A stretch of DNA of 64,000 nt from an uncultured delta proteobacterium (GTDB lineage: Bacteria > Myxococcota_A > Polyangia > Palsa-1104): NCBI GenBank assembly GCA_963785725.1, contig CAWAWS010000015.1:256001-320000 (forward strand), in the 5' to 3' direction. How positions within the stretch are numbered: the first letter of the stretch is position 1; the number at the start of each line of letters is the position of its first letter. The notes below the pieces were generated by a model. The model searched no databases, was not told the origin of the DNA, and was given only the letters and a program-made list of their open reading frames with translations. This document shows, piece after piece, positions 1 through 11,400 of the stretch. The translations under genes and the position numbers were made by a program.

Positions 1-2304
1 CGAGAGCTGCGAGCACTGCGAGTTCGGCGGCGTGTCGGAGCACACGAGCGCGCCGCCGGTGCCGTTGGGCTCGCAGAAGCCGTTGCAGCACTGATCGCCC
101 GAGGCGCACGACGCGCCGTCGGCGCGGCAGGGATCGAGGACCCAGAAGCCGCGCGAGTTGCCGGCCAAGAGCTCCTGCGCCGGCAGGTAGAACGCGGGAT
201 GGCTGGCGTCGGTGCCGGGCGCGGCGTTCAGGTCGACGGCGGCGACCCACAGCTTCTTGGGCGTGACGTTGTTGATGAGGTCGGCGCCGCGCGGATCGCT
301 GCAGAACGGCGGGATGGTCGCTTCGTTGCCGTACATGCGGCGGCTGGTGAACACGACCCACGCGTAACCGCCCGACGCCACCGGCGCGACGGTCGGCTCG
401 TAGTTCAGGTCGACGTCGTCGTCGTGCAGCGGGTTCATGGTGTTGACGACGTTGCCGTCGCCCTTGCACGAGATCGTGCTCGCCGTCGTCAGCTTGGGCA
501 GATAGCTGGCGCCGGTCGCGTCGAGCCCGTTGAGCTGGTTGAGCACGGTGACGTGCGTCGCGTCGGTGAGGTTGGTCCAATTGATCTGCGCTTTGCAGCC
601 CTCGCGCGTGTACATCTGGCCCTGCCCGTTGCCGTCTTCGGAGTCGTAGGCGCTCTGATGGTGGAAGACGACCGACTTCGAGTCGGGCAAGAACGCCGGC
701 CAGCCCGGACGCGTCGCCGCCGGCTTGCCGGCGTCGTTGACGATGGTGATCGGATTGGTGAACGCGTTGGTCGCCGCGCTGAACTGCATCACGACCAGCG
801 ACTGCGCCGCCGGCGGACCGCCGCTGACGGCGCCCATCGGGTTGAACGCGATCATCGTCTTGTCGGGCGAGAACGCGGGCGAGCCAAGGTTGCCGCCGTA
901 GTTGGTCAGCCCCGTCGTCGTCAGCGCCGGCGAGTCGTTGGGCAGCGGCAAGAGCTGCGTCGTCGACGAGAGCGCCTGCGAGCCGTCGGGATACATGCCG
1001 GGGAAGGTCGCGCCGATCGGCAGCGGCGTGTGCTCGACCGGAGCCAGCGTGGCCGAGAGGTCATACGCCGAGCTCGTGCCGTAGCTGGAGCCGTGCTGCA
1101 CGACGAGGCGCGAGCCGTCGGCCGAGACCGAGTGGCAGACGCGGCAGCCGGTGTTGTCGGTGGTCGTCGTGCCGGCCACGAGCTTGGGCGCCGTGTCGCC
1201 GATGTGGATCGAGAGGACGGCGCCGCCGAACGGCTGGTTGTTGCCGATCGACTTGTCGGTGCCGCTGTTCTGCACCAGGTTCGTGCCGTAGGAGTTGTAG
1301 TAGATGATGCCGGACACGCGGCCGGGCGCGATCGTCCACGTCTGCGCGATCGGTCCGTGCGCGACGCCGCCCGAGGCGACGGTCAGGCTCAGCGTCAGCT
1401 TGTCGGCGCCGCCCGCAGTGTTGGTCGCCTCGGCCCAGATGTCCTGCGGAATCGGCATGCGGATGAAGTTGGTGCCCGTCTGCGCCAAGATCGCCGGCCG
1501 GCTGAACTGACCGGTCCAGGTGAAGCTGCCGTTGGTGTCCTTGAGCGTCATCTGGATTGCGTCGACCGAGGCCGTCGACGTCCAGCTCCACATGATGAGC
1601 GGCGCCAAGAGGCCGCGCGGGAAGACCGTGTTGGCGTAAGGATAGAGGTAGCCGAGGCCGAGGTTGCTGCCGTTGTCGACGGGCGCGCCGAGCGCCGCGA
1701 TGGTGCCCGGATCGGTGACGGCGCCGCCGAGGCCTTCGCCACCGACGCCGCCGACGCCGCCGCCGGAGTTGAGCGTGCCCGGCGTCGTGGGCGCGATTTG
1801 GCCGCCTTCGGACGGGTTCGTCGGATCGGCGCCGTTCTGCGTGGCCGCGATCTGCACCATGACCTGGCGCTGAATCGTCACGCCGTTGAGCCCGGCGCTG
1901 ACGTTGACCAAGCCGGCGACGGTGCCCGACGGTGAGAACGTCGTGCCTTGGCCGGGGCCGATGACGACGCTGCCGATGTCGCCGCGATCGACGCTCCAGG
2001 CGACGCTGACCGGCGCGCCGCCCAACGTCGCCGTGTACTGCACCGTCGGAATCGGCTGTCCCGTCGTGATCGTCAGCGTCTGCATCGCCGCCGGCTCTAC
2101 GTCGAGCAAGAGCGGCCCGAGGTCGGCGTTGACGGGCGGCGTCGTGTTCGTCATGTCGGCGCCGGGGACGGCCGCGTCGGGCGCGACCGCCATGTCGTCA
2201 GCGCCGGGTGGTGCGTGCGCCGCGCCGCCGTGACTGCAACCGGCGATGGCGAAGAGGCCGAACAACACGCTGCGCTGAAGGGAAGCTTTATGGCTATTCA
2301 ACAT
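1..2304 (-). CDS. Large Cys-rich lipoprotein with TolB/PD40-like beta-propeller repeats (3' end outside window)
   Basis: Minus-strand frame from ATG 2304 reads MLNSHKASLQRSVLFGLFAIAGC (lipobox IAGC). It contains PAFSPD/PAFLPD propeller motifs and ends in a Cys-rich region (FWVLDPCRADGASCASGDQCCNGFC). It is absent from the ORF track because it runs off the window edge. Confidence 0.75.
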   Translation of the reverse strand, partial: MLNSHKASLQRSVLFGLFAIAGCSHGGAAHAPPGADDMAVAPDAAVPGADMTNTTPPVNADLGPLLLDVEPAAMQTLTITTGQPIPTVQYTATLGGAPVSVAWSVDRGDIGSVVIGPGQGTTFSPSGTVAGLVNVSAGLNGVTIQRQVMVQIAATQNGADPTNPSEGGQIAPTTPGTLNSGGGVGGVGGEGLGGAVTDPGTIAALGAPVDNGSNLGLGYLYPYANTVFPRGLLAPLIMWSWTSTASVDAIQMTLKDTNGSFTWTGQFSRPAILAQTGTNFIRMPIPQDIWAEATNTAGGADKLTLSLTVASGGVAHGPIAQTWTIAPGRVSGIIYYNSYGTNLVQNSGTDKSIGNNQPFGGAVLSIHIGDTAPKLVAGTTTTDNTGCRVCHSVSADGSRLVVQHGSSYGTSSAYDLSATLAPVEHTPLPIGATFPGMYPDGSQALSSTTQLLPLPNDSPALTTTGLTNYGGNLGSPAFSPDKTMIAFNPMGAVSGGPPAAQSLVVMQFSAATNAFTNPITIVNDAGKPAATRPGWPAFLPDSKSVVFHHQSAYDSEDGNGQGQMYTREGCKAQINWTNLTDATHVTVLNQLNGLDATGASYLPKLTTASTISCKGDGNVVNTMNPLHDDDVDLNYEPTVAPVASGGYAWVVFTSRRMYGNEATIPPFCSDPRGADLINNVTPKKLWVAAVDLNAAPGTDASHPAFYLPAQELLAGNSRGFWVLDPCRADGASCASGDQCCNGFCEPNGTGGALVCSDTPPNSQCSQLS

Positions 2305-2709
2305 GGTTGTGCTGCCGAAATCGTGGCACGCGTAAAATGTGTCGTAAAGCCCAGAACGCAGCGTTTATCGCTATCTACAGCGACGCACGTGTGGGCTTTT
2401 GTATCGCCGCCTGCTCCAAAAGCGAGCTCGTTTGTCGGCGCGCTGACAAGTCACATGTAGGCGGCGCCGGCGCCGCCAAAGGCGCGGTAGATCCCTCGCG
2501 CGAATGCGCTCTGCCGTCGTCGTCGCGTCGGCCGCGACGGCCGGCTCGCGGATGCGCGCGAGCCAATGCTCGCCATCGACGTCACTCATGCGCTGGACTA
2601 CCGTCGCTGCGTGGCGAAGGCGCAGGGTGTGCCGCCGCCGCTGAAACACGTTTCATGAGCGCCGTCGCCTGTGCGTATAATGCGGCGCTCGTCCGAGGAG
2701 GATGCTCGC

Positions 2710-3432
2710 ATGTCGCAGCTCGTTCGCTGTTCCAAGGGTTTGTCGTCGCTGGCGCTGGCCGGCCTCATGCTCGTCGCCGGTCGCGGCGTCGCTCGCGCCG
2801 ACGGCGGCAGCGGTCCGTGGGAGCACGTCAGCAACAAAGAGGGCATCGAAGTCGAGCGCCGCTCCGTCGAGGGCTCGAGCTTGAAGGAGTTCGTCGGTCG
2901 CGGCGTCATCGACGCGCCCGTGCAGCGCGTGCTCGCCGTCATCCGTGACGCCGGCCGCCGCGCCGAGTGGATGCCCAACTGCGGCGGCTCGTGGCTCGTC
3001 GAAGAGAACCTCGCTGCGCGCACGCAGGTCGCCTATCACCGCACGAAGGCGCCGTGGCCCGTCTCCGATCGCGACTCGGTGAACAAGGCCGAGATTTACG
3101 TCGAGCCGGCCAAGCACCGCGTGTTCCTGCCCTTCGAAGCGGTGTCGAGCGCCAAGGTGCCGCCGGTCAAAGGCGTCGTGCGCATGCCGTTCATGCGCGG
3201 CCATTGGATCCTCGTCCCCATCGACGGTGGCAAGACGCAGGTCGAGTATCAGGTCTACGCCAACCCGGGCGGCGCGCTGCCCGATTGGGTGGCGAACTTG
3301 GCGTCGAAGACGCTGCCGCGCGAGACCATCGCCGGCCTGCGCAAGCAGGTGACCAAGGCGTCGTATCCCGACTTCGAGGCCATGATCGTCGCCACGCCGG
3401 AAGCCAAAGAGCTGCTCGCCAGCGTCAAGTAG
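2710..3432 (+). CDS. Secreted START-domain lipid-binding protein
   Basis: GAGGAG Shine-Dalgarno, signal peptide ending ARA, and START motifs (KEGIEV, EWMPNC, APWPVSDRD, NPGGALPDWVAN). Confidence 0.85.
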   Translation: MSQLVRCSKGLSSLALAGLMLVAGRGVARADGGSGPWEHVSNKEGIEVERRSVEGSSLKEFVGRGVIDAPVQRVLAVIRDAGRRAEWMPNCGGSWLVEENLAARTQVAYHRTKAPWPVSDRDSVNKAEIYVEPAKHRVFLPFEAVSSAKVPPVKGVVRMPFMRGHWILVPIDGGKTQVEYQVYANPGGALPDWVANLASKTLPRETIAGLRKQVTKASYPDFEAMIVATPEAKELLASVK

Positions 3433-3444
3433 TCGCCCGCCGCT

Positions 3445-4066
3445 TTACGTTTCGCCTTCCACCCAACCGAGATGCAACTGCACGCCACGGCGCTGCGCGG
3501 CGACGGTGACGATGCCGTCGTCGGGGTTGCGGCCGCCGAGCGCGTGCACGAGCGCGCGGCGTTCGTCGCGCCCGATCGTCGCGCCTTGGGCGGCGTGCGC
3601 GAGCATGAGCGCGTGCGTGGCGTTGAGCCGCTCGGCCTCGATGAGCGCCGCGGCCGCGCGCTGCACGAGCGGCTGCGACAGCGCGCGTAAGTCGCCCAGC
3701 GTCACGCTCGAGCCGCTCGGCCAGCTGCTGCAAGCGTTCGGCGCGCGCGGGCGTCGGCTCGGCCAAGAGCCAGTCCTCAATCGACGGGCCGCCCAAGTCG
3801 CGCGGTCCGGCGACGGCGAGGACGGCGAGCGCGCCGTCGCCGAGCTTGGCGAGCACGAAGAGGTCGCGCGGCACGGCCGGACCGCGCGCGACGGCCCGCG
3901 GCGCCACCCAGCCGAGCACGAGGCGCGCGGCGATGAACGGCTCGTAGGCGTCGAGGAGCGCGCGCACGGCGTCGGGAAAGCCGCGCGCGCCGAGCCACTG
4001 CGTCGCCAAGCCGCCGCTGTCGGGCCAGGCGTCGCCGGCATCGGCGCCGGCGGGCAAGTAGATCAT
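3445..4066 (-). CDS. Hypothetical protein (one apparent frameshift near 3700), coupled to upstream meaB
   Basis: Starts MIYLPAGAD at ATG 4066, overlapping the meaB stop. It continues in a second frame (LGDLRALSQPLV...LHLGWVEGET*). Confidence 0.55.
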
Positions 4067-5029
4067 GCGTCGCGCGTCCAGTGCGCATCGGCGCGGGCGC
4101 TGAAGTCGAGCTGCGCCTGGTCGTAGCCGCGGGCGCGCACGAACGCCGCCGCGCCGCCCAATTTCTCGTCGAGGAAGCGGAGGCCGGCGCGACCCCATTC
4201 TTCCTGCACCCAGCGGGCAAAGAAGTGCGGCTCGTTCTCGGCGAAGTCGCGCGGCGCCTGTTGCGCCCGCAGCGCCAAGAGCGCGCCGGCCAGCGCGTCG
4301 ATGCCGTCGCCGGTGCGCGCGCTCGTGCGGAAGATCTCGACCGGCTGCGCATCGAACGGCCGCGCCAGCCACAAGCTGCCGCGCAGCTGATGGTAGCTGC
4401 GCTCCGCCGACGGCTCGTCACACTTGTTGAGGATGAAGGCGTCGGGCACTTCCATGATGCCCGCTTTCAAGAACTGGACTTCGTCGCCCGCGAGCGGCTG
4501 CAGGACGAGGTAGACGCGATCGGCCAGCTGGCGAATGTCGGTCTCGCTCTGCCCGATGCCGACGGTCTCGACGAACACGAAGTCGTACAGGCAGGCCAGC
4601 GGCCGGCAGACCTGAAACGTCGACGGCCCGAGCCCGCCCAGCTCCGTCGCCGACGCTTGGCTGCGGAAGAAGAGGCGCTTCTCGTGCGGCGGAAAGCGCA
4701 GCCGCGTGCGATCGCCGAGGAGCGCGCCGCCGGAGATGCGGCTCGACGGATCGACCGCCAGCGCGGCGATCGTCAGCTCCGCCTGCCGTTCGATCAGGCG
4801 GAGCGCGAGGCGACCGAGCAGCGTCGACTTGCCCGAGCCCGGCGTGCCGGTGATGCCGATGAACGAGGCGTGGCGACGCTTGGGCTGCGCGCGCAGGCTC
4901 GTCATGAGCGCGCGCGCGCTCGGCGTAGGCGGCCGGCCGCTGATCTTCGAACGTCGTGATGAGCCGCGACACCGCGTGCTTCTCGTGCGCCAGCGCCGCT
5001 TCGACGAGCGCGTCGCCCGCTGCCGACAT
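4063..5029 (-). CDS. meaB: MeaB/ArgK-family G-protein chaperone (frameshift near 4910)
   Basis: GITGTPGSGKST P-loop, [25 protein letters not shown] and NKCD motifs. The N-terminus MSAAGDALVEAAL is in another frame and its ATG overlaps the meaA stop. Confidence 0.85.
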
Positions 5030-7065
5030 CAGCCGCCGGCCTCGATCATGTCGACGATCTTCTCCATGATCTCGATGAGCCCGAAGTCGGCGGGCGTAAA
5101 GATCTGGCGCACGCCGATGTGGCGCAGCGTCTCGAAGTCGCCCGGCGGGATGATGCCGCCGAAGACGACCTTGATGCGCTCGGCGGCGCCATGCGACTTC
5201 AGCGACGTCGACGATCTGCTGCGCCAGCTCGAGGTGCGAGCCCGACAGCACCGAGGCGCCGATGACGTCGGCGTCCTCTTCGACGGCCGAGCGCACGATC
5301 TCTTCCGGGCTCAGCCGGATGCCCGAGTAGACGACGTCGAAGCCGACGTGGCGCGCGGCGACGGCGATGACCTCGGCGCCGTTGGAGTGGCCGTCGAGGC
5401 CCGGGCTTGCCGACGACGATGCGCGGTCGCCGGCCGAGCTTACCGACGAGCGCCTCGATGCGCGCGCGCAAGGCTTCGACGCGATCGCTCTCGAGGCCCA
5501 GCTTCTGGCCGTCGATGCCCGTCGCCGGGCGGTATTCGCCGAAGACCTCGCGCAGCGTGTTGGCCCACTCGCCCGTCGTCACGCGCGCCAAGCGCACACT
5601 CGATCGACGGCTCCATCATGTCGGTGCCGTCTTGCGCCGCTTGCTTCAGCGCCGCCAGCGCCTTTGCCACGCGCGCCGCGTCGCGCGTCGCCCGCACGCG
5701 CTCCAGATTGGCCATCGTCTCGGCGATGGCGGCGCGGTCGACCTTGAACATGCCGCCGTCGGCTGCCGGAGACGAGCGGCGACGGCAAGCCGTCGGTCCA
5801 CTTGTTCATGCCGACGACGATCTGCTCGCCCATGTTGATGCCGCGCATGCGGTTCGGACATCGAGCGCACCAGCGCCGACTTCATGTAGCCGGACTCGAT
5901 CGCCGCTTTGACGCCGCCCATGCCGACGATCTTGTCGATCTCGCTCGTGGCCTCCTGTTTGATCTCGTCGACCTTGGAGCGAATGACCGGGCTGCCGTCG
6001 AACAGGTCGGGATACTCGAGCAGGTCGGTCTCGTAGGCGAGGATCTGCTGCAGGCGCAGCGACCACTGCTGGTCCCACGGCCGCGGCAGCGACAGCGCCT
6101 CGTTCCACGCCGGCAGCTGCAAGCGCGCGACAGCGCGCGTTGCGGCTCATGCGTCACGCCCAGCGCCTCGATCAAGATGCGCCAGGCGTTGTTCTCCGGC
6201 TGGCGCTCGGTCAGGCCGAGCGAGTTGACCTGCACGCCGTAGCGGAAGCAGCCGATACTTCGGGTTCTTGACGCCGTAGCGATCGCGCGTGATCTCGTCC
6301 CACAGCTCGGTGAACGCGCGCATCTTGCACATCTCTTCGATGAAGCGGATGCCGGAGTTGACGAAGAAGCTGATGCGGCCGACCGAGCGCTCGAACTCGT
6401 CGTCGTCGAAGCGCTTGCGCTGACTTCAGGAGGTCGAGCAGGCCGATGGCGTTGCCGAGCGCGAAGGCCAGCTCCTGCGCCGGCGTCGCGCCCGCTTCCT
6501 GCAAGTGATAGGAGCAGATGTTGGACGCGTTCCAGTTGGGGATCTGGCGCAGGCAGAACTCGTACATCTCGGCGATGAGCCGCAGGCTCTGCTCGGGCGG
6601 GAAGATGTAAGTCCCGCGCGCCAGGTACTCTTTGATGATGTCGTTCTGGGTCGTGCCGGTGAGCAGCTTCGGGTCGACGCCGCGCTCGCGGGCCAGCGCG
6701 ACATACAGCGCCAACAGCCACATGGCCGTGCCGTTGATGGTCATCGAGGTGTTCATCTTCTCGATGGGAATGCCGTCGAAGAGCACGTGAAAGTCGTCGA
6801 GCGAGTTGATGGGCACGCCGACTTTGCCGACTTCCGGCAGCGCGATCGGATCGTCCGAGTCGTACCCGCACTGCGTCGCCAGATCGAACGCGATCGACAG
6901 GCCCGTCTGCCCTTTGCCGAGGTTCGCGCGATAGAGCTCGTTCGACGCTCGCGGGCTCGAATGGCCGGCATAGGTGCGGAAGATCCATGGCTGATCGCGC
7001 GTGACCTGGCCCGCCTTGTCGACGAGCCGGTGCGCCGGCAGCTTCCCCTCTTCGCGTTCGCTCAT
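5029..7065 (-). CDS. meaA: Ethylmalonyl-CoA mutase-like AdoCbl mutase (MeaA/Ecm), multiple frameshifts
   Basis: [60 protein letters not shown], and a C-terminal B12 domain with GLDGHSNGAE, pieced together across frames. Confidence 0.85.
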
Positions 7066-7157
7066 GGGCTCCTCAAAGTGATCGCGCATCGATAGGCGCC
7101 GTTCAAGGTGAATATAATGCGATGCGTTGAAGTCGTAAGCGGCGGTGACCGTCGCCA

Positions 7158-7186
7158 TTGACGAGTCGTGACGACGGGGCTAGGTT
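7158..7186 (+). promoter_or_regulatory. Putative sigma70 promoter for the ferritin-like gene
   Basis: TTGACG-N17-TAGGTT. Confidence 0.5.
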
Positions 7187-7260
7187 TCGCGTGATGTTAC
7201 CTGGGTTATCGTACCTCGCGCGATGACCGCCGCATCGATCGTATGAAGGAGAATGGGGGA

Positions 7261-8172
7261 ATGAAGGAGCCCAAGAGCGTTCGGCGCGGTCGCATCGGTG
7301 CGCCGGTGACGCGTCCGACGTCGTGGTGGCTGCGCACGCTGCGCCAGCGGCGCGAGTCGATGTACGACGACCACGAGGCCATGGCGCCGGTCGCGTTCGC
7401 GGACGACGACGAGCGTCGCGCCTGTATCTCCTTCTTCAACGCCGCTTTGCGCGCCGAGGAGTCGGGCTCGGCGCAGGCCGAGCGGCTCGCCGGCGAAGTG
7501 CGGCAGTGGGATCCCGAGCTCGCCGAGTGCCTCGAGCTGTACGGCAAAGAAGAGGAGTGGCACCGCGGGCTCATCGAGCAGTTCTTGGCCGGCATCGGCG
7601 GCCACGTGCAGCCGCTCGGCGGGCTGACCGGCTTCTTCTATCGCACCTACGGCAAGGCGCGCGACCTCGAGACCATCATGCTGACGAACCTCATGTTCGA
7701 GGTGATCGGCTCGACGACCTATCGCATCGCGCTCGGGCGCATCAAGCATCCGGCGGTGCGCAAGCTGTTGACGATCTTGGCGCGCGACGAGTCGTTCCAC
7801 GTGCCGCTCAACGTGCATTTCATCCGCGAAATGCGCCGCTACAAGAGCTCGGGCTGGCTGCAGACGGCGCGCTTGAAGTCGATCTATCACGTCGTGTTCT
7901 GGATGCTGCTCGGGTCGGCGGCGGCGAGCCGGCGCGTCGCTGGGCGCTTCGACGGCATTACGTTTCCCGAGCTGGCGCATGCCTACGCCGAGAACTTGGC
8001 GCGGCTGTTCGTCAACGAGTCCGACCTGCGGTTCACGCCGCCGACGCTGGCGCTGAAGCTGTTCACGCTCGACAAAGACGAGCTCAGGCGCGGCGAGAAC
8101 ATCTTGTCGGCGGCGGCTGCGGAGGCGTCGGCGCGGCGCGAGAACGTCGACGTCAAAGTGCTGCACGTCTGA
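7261..8172 (+). CDS. Ferritin-like (diiron-carboxylate) domain protein
   Basis: Duplicated E...ExxH pattern: RAEESG, EEEWH, FEVIG, DESFH. The start could alternatively be 7243. Confidence 0.7.
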   Translation: MKEPKSVRRGRIGAPVTRPTSWWLRTLRQRRESMYDDHEAMAPVAFADDDERRACISFFNAALRAEESGSAQAERLAGEVRQWDPELAECLELYGKEEEWHRGLIEQFLAGIGGHVQPLGGLTGFFYRTYGKARDLETIMLTNLMFEVIGSTTYRIALGRIKHPAVRKLLTILARDESFHVPLNVHFIREMRRYKSSGWLQTARLKSIYHVVFWMLLGSAAASRRVAGRFDGITFPELAHAYAENLARLFVNESDLRFTPPTLALKLFTLDKDELRRGENILSAAAAEASARRENVDVKVLHV

Positions 8173-8177
8173 GCTGA

Positions 8178-8322
8178 ATGGCCCAAGACGACGCCAAGGA
8201 TCTGGCGCAGCCGGGCGGCGACGCCGAGCTCGTCGGCGCGCCGACGCTCGCCGCCGCGTCGGCGCTGACGTCGCTCGGCACCGTCATCGGCACGCCGCAG
8301 TAACATGGCGCCCGAGCACTAA
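8178..8322 (+). pseudogene. Remnant of a Hanks-type Ser/Thr protein kinase (activation segment)
   Basis: Translates LTSLGTVIGTPQ-TAA-CATGGCGCCCGAG. Removing one A gives GTPQYMAPE. Confidence 0.65.
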
Positions 8323-8353
8323 ACCGGTCGAAATCACGGTGGTGAGGTACTAG
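8323..8353. repeat. Isolated right end of the 156-bp inverted-repeat element
   Basis: ACCGGTCGAAATCACGGTGGTGAGGTACTAG versus ACCGGTCGAGATCACTGTGGTGAGGTACTAG at 20781-20811 (2 mismatches). Confidence 0.8.
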
Positions 8354-8479
8354 CGGCGCGACCGCGCGCGACGGCCGTACGCTAGTGAACCAATCGTGCC
8401 GCACGCCGTCAAACAGCGACGGCGCGAATTCGCGACCAGGGGTTGCCACTGTCGGCAAACGCGTCCTAACTTATCCCTC

Positions 8480-11400
8480 GTGAAACAGTCAGCCGCCTTG
8501 CCGCCCTACAAGCCGCGCCATCACGTCCGCATCGTCACCGCGGCGTCGCTCTTCGACGGCCACGACGCCGCCATCAACGTCATGCGCCGCCTCATGCAGG
8601 CGTCGGGCGCCGAGGTCATCCACCTCGGCCACAACCGCTCGGTCGCCGAGATCGTCGACTGCGCGATCCAGGAGGACGTGCAGGGCATCGCCATCACGTC
8701 GTACCAGGGCGGCCACGTCGAGTACTTCAAGTACATGATCGATCTGCTGCGGCAGCGCGGCGCCGACATCAAGGTCTTCGGCGGCGGCGGCGGCACCATC
8801 CTGCCCGTCGGAGATCGACGAGCTGCACGCGCTACGGCGTCACGCGCATCTACTCGCCCGACGACGGCCGCGCGATGGGCCTGCAGGGGATGATCGACGA
8901 CCTCCTCGCGCACTGCGACTTCGAGAAGCGCGACGCCGACGTTCGAGCCGCGCCTTGCCGCAGCTGCCGCGAGCGCGACGCCGGACACGATCGGCGCGCT
9001 CATCACCATCGCCGAGAACTTCCCGGCGAGCGGCGACGAGCTGCGTGCGGCGCTGGCGCCGCTCGTGGCCGCGCGACCGCGCGTGCCGGTGCTCGGCATC
9101 ACCGGCACCGGCGGCGCCGGCAAGTCGAGCCTCGTCGACGAGCTGGTGCGCCGCTTCCTCGCCGACTTCGCCGACAAGACGATCGCCGTCCTCTCGGTCG
9201 ATCCGTCGAAGCGCAAGTCGGGCGGCGCGCTGCTCGGCGATCGCATCCGCATGAACGCCATCGACGACCCGCGCGTCTACATGCGCTCGCTCGCCACGCG
9301 GCAGTCGAACCTGGCGCTGTCGAAGCACGTGCGCGAGTCGATCGAGATCTGCCAGGCGGCCGGCTTCGATCTCATCGTCGTCGAGACCTCGGGCATCGGC
9401 CAGTCGGACACCGAGATCACCGAGCACGCCGACGTCTCGCTCTACGTGATGACGGCCGAGTACGGCGCGGCGACGCAGCTCGAGAAGATCGACATGCTCG
9501 ACTTCGCCGACGTCATCGCCATCAACAAGTTCGACAAGCGCGGCTCGCTCGACGCGCTGCGCGACGTGCAAGAAGCAGTGGCGCCGCAACCACAACGCCT
9601 TCGCCGACGCCGACGACGACGTGCCGGTCTACGGGACGATCGCCTCGCAGTTCAACGACCCGGGGATGAACCGGCTCTATCGCGACGCTCATGGACGTCG
9701 TCGCCGAGCAGCACCGGCGCGCCGCTTGCACGTCGCAGCTTCGAGATCACGGCCGGCATGAGCGAGAAGCGCTGGATCATCCCGCCCGATCGCACGCGCT
9801 ACCTCGCCGAGATCGTCGAGACCTGCGAGGGCTACGACGCGCTTCGTGCGCGCGCAGGCGGCGATCGCGCGGCGCATGTACCAGCTGCACGGCACCATCG
9901 AGGCGCTGCGCGCCAACGTCGGCAAGAAGCGGCTCGAGATCGTCGAGCCGACGGGCGCGCGCCGACGTCGTGCAGGTCACCGAGCGCGTCGAGGGCGAGC
10001 CCGCGTTTCTCGGCGAGCTGGTCGACGCTCTATCGCGATCTCGAGGCGCGCCTCGACCCCGAGTGCAAGCAAGCTGCTCGCCGAGTGGCCGGCGACCAAG
10101 CGGCGCTACGCCGCGGCGAAGTATCAGTTCCAGGTGCGCGACAAGGTCATCGAGCTCGACCTCGTCACCGAGTCGCTCTCGCACCTGCGCATCCCCAAGG
10201 TCTCGCTGCCCGAGTACGAAGACTGGGGCGATCTGCTCGACCTGGCTCCTGCGCGAGAGCGCCGCCCGGGCAGTTCCCGTTCACCGCCGGCGTCTTCCCG
10301 CTCAAGCGCGAAGGCGAAGATCCGGCGCGCATGTTCGCCGGCGAAGGCGGGCCGGAGCGCACCAACAAGCGCTTCCACTACGTCTCGCGCGGCCTGCCGG
10401 CCAAGCGGCTGTCGACGGCGTTCGACTCGGTCACGCTCTACGGCGAGGATCCCGATCAAGCGGCCGGACATCTACGGCAAGGTCGGCAACTCCGGCGTCT
10501 CGATCGCCAACGTCGACGACGCGAAGAAGCTCTACTCCGGCTTCGATCTCGCCGATCCGTCGACGTCGGTGTCGATGACGATCAACGGCCCGGCGCCGAT
10601 GCTGCTCGGCTTCTTCCTGAACGCCGCCATCGATCAGCAGTGCGAGAAGTGGATTCACGCGCAAGGGCAAGGCGGCGCGAGATCGAGCAGAAGATCGACG
10701 AGCTCTACGCCGCAGCGCGGCGTGCCGCGGCCGACGCTACCAGGGCGCGCTCGCCCGAGGGCAACGACGGCCTCGGGCTCATGCTGCTCGGCGTGTCCGG
10801 CGACGAGGTGCTGCCGCGCGAGGTCTACGAGAAGATCCGCGCGGCGACGCTCTCGGCGGTGCGCGGCACGGTGCAGGCCGACATCCTCAAAGAGGATCAG
10901 GCGCAGAACACCTGCATCTTCTCGACCGAGTTCGCGCTGCGCCTGATGGGCGACATCCAGCAGTACTTCATCGACCACAAGGTCCGGAACTTCTACTCGG
11001 TCTCGATCTCCGGCTACCACATCGCCGAAGCCGGGGCGAACCCGATCTCGCAGCTCGCGTTCACGCTCGCGAACGGCTTCACGTTCGTCGAGTACTACCT
11101 GTCGCGCGGGATGCACATCGACGACTTCGCGCCGAACCTGTCGTTCTTCTTCTCGAACGGCATGGACCCCGAATACACGGTGCTCGGCCGCGTGGCGCGG
11201 CGCATCTGGGCGAAGGCGATGCGCGACAAGTACGGCGGCAACGACCGCTCGCAGAAGCTGAAGTACCACATCCAGACGTCGGGCCGATCGCTGCACGCGC
11301 AGGAGATCGCGTTCAACGACATCCGCACGACGCTGCAGGCGCTGCTCGCGCTCTACGACAACTGCAACTCGCTGCACACCAACGCCTACGACGAGGCGAT

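Noticed and set aside
199..1935. 578-aa plus-strand ORF, and other long antisense ORFs such as 38134-41844, 22539-24092 and 13787-15649
   Set aside because: Arg/Ala-rich shadow frames of real opposite-strand genes, expected in high-GC DNA.
8354..8470. GCCACTG and a hairpin upstream of icmF as a cobalamin riboswitch
   Set aside because: Other conserved elements (GGGAA, B12 box) are missing, and icmF looks leaderless.
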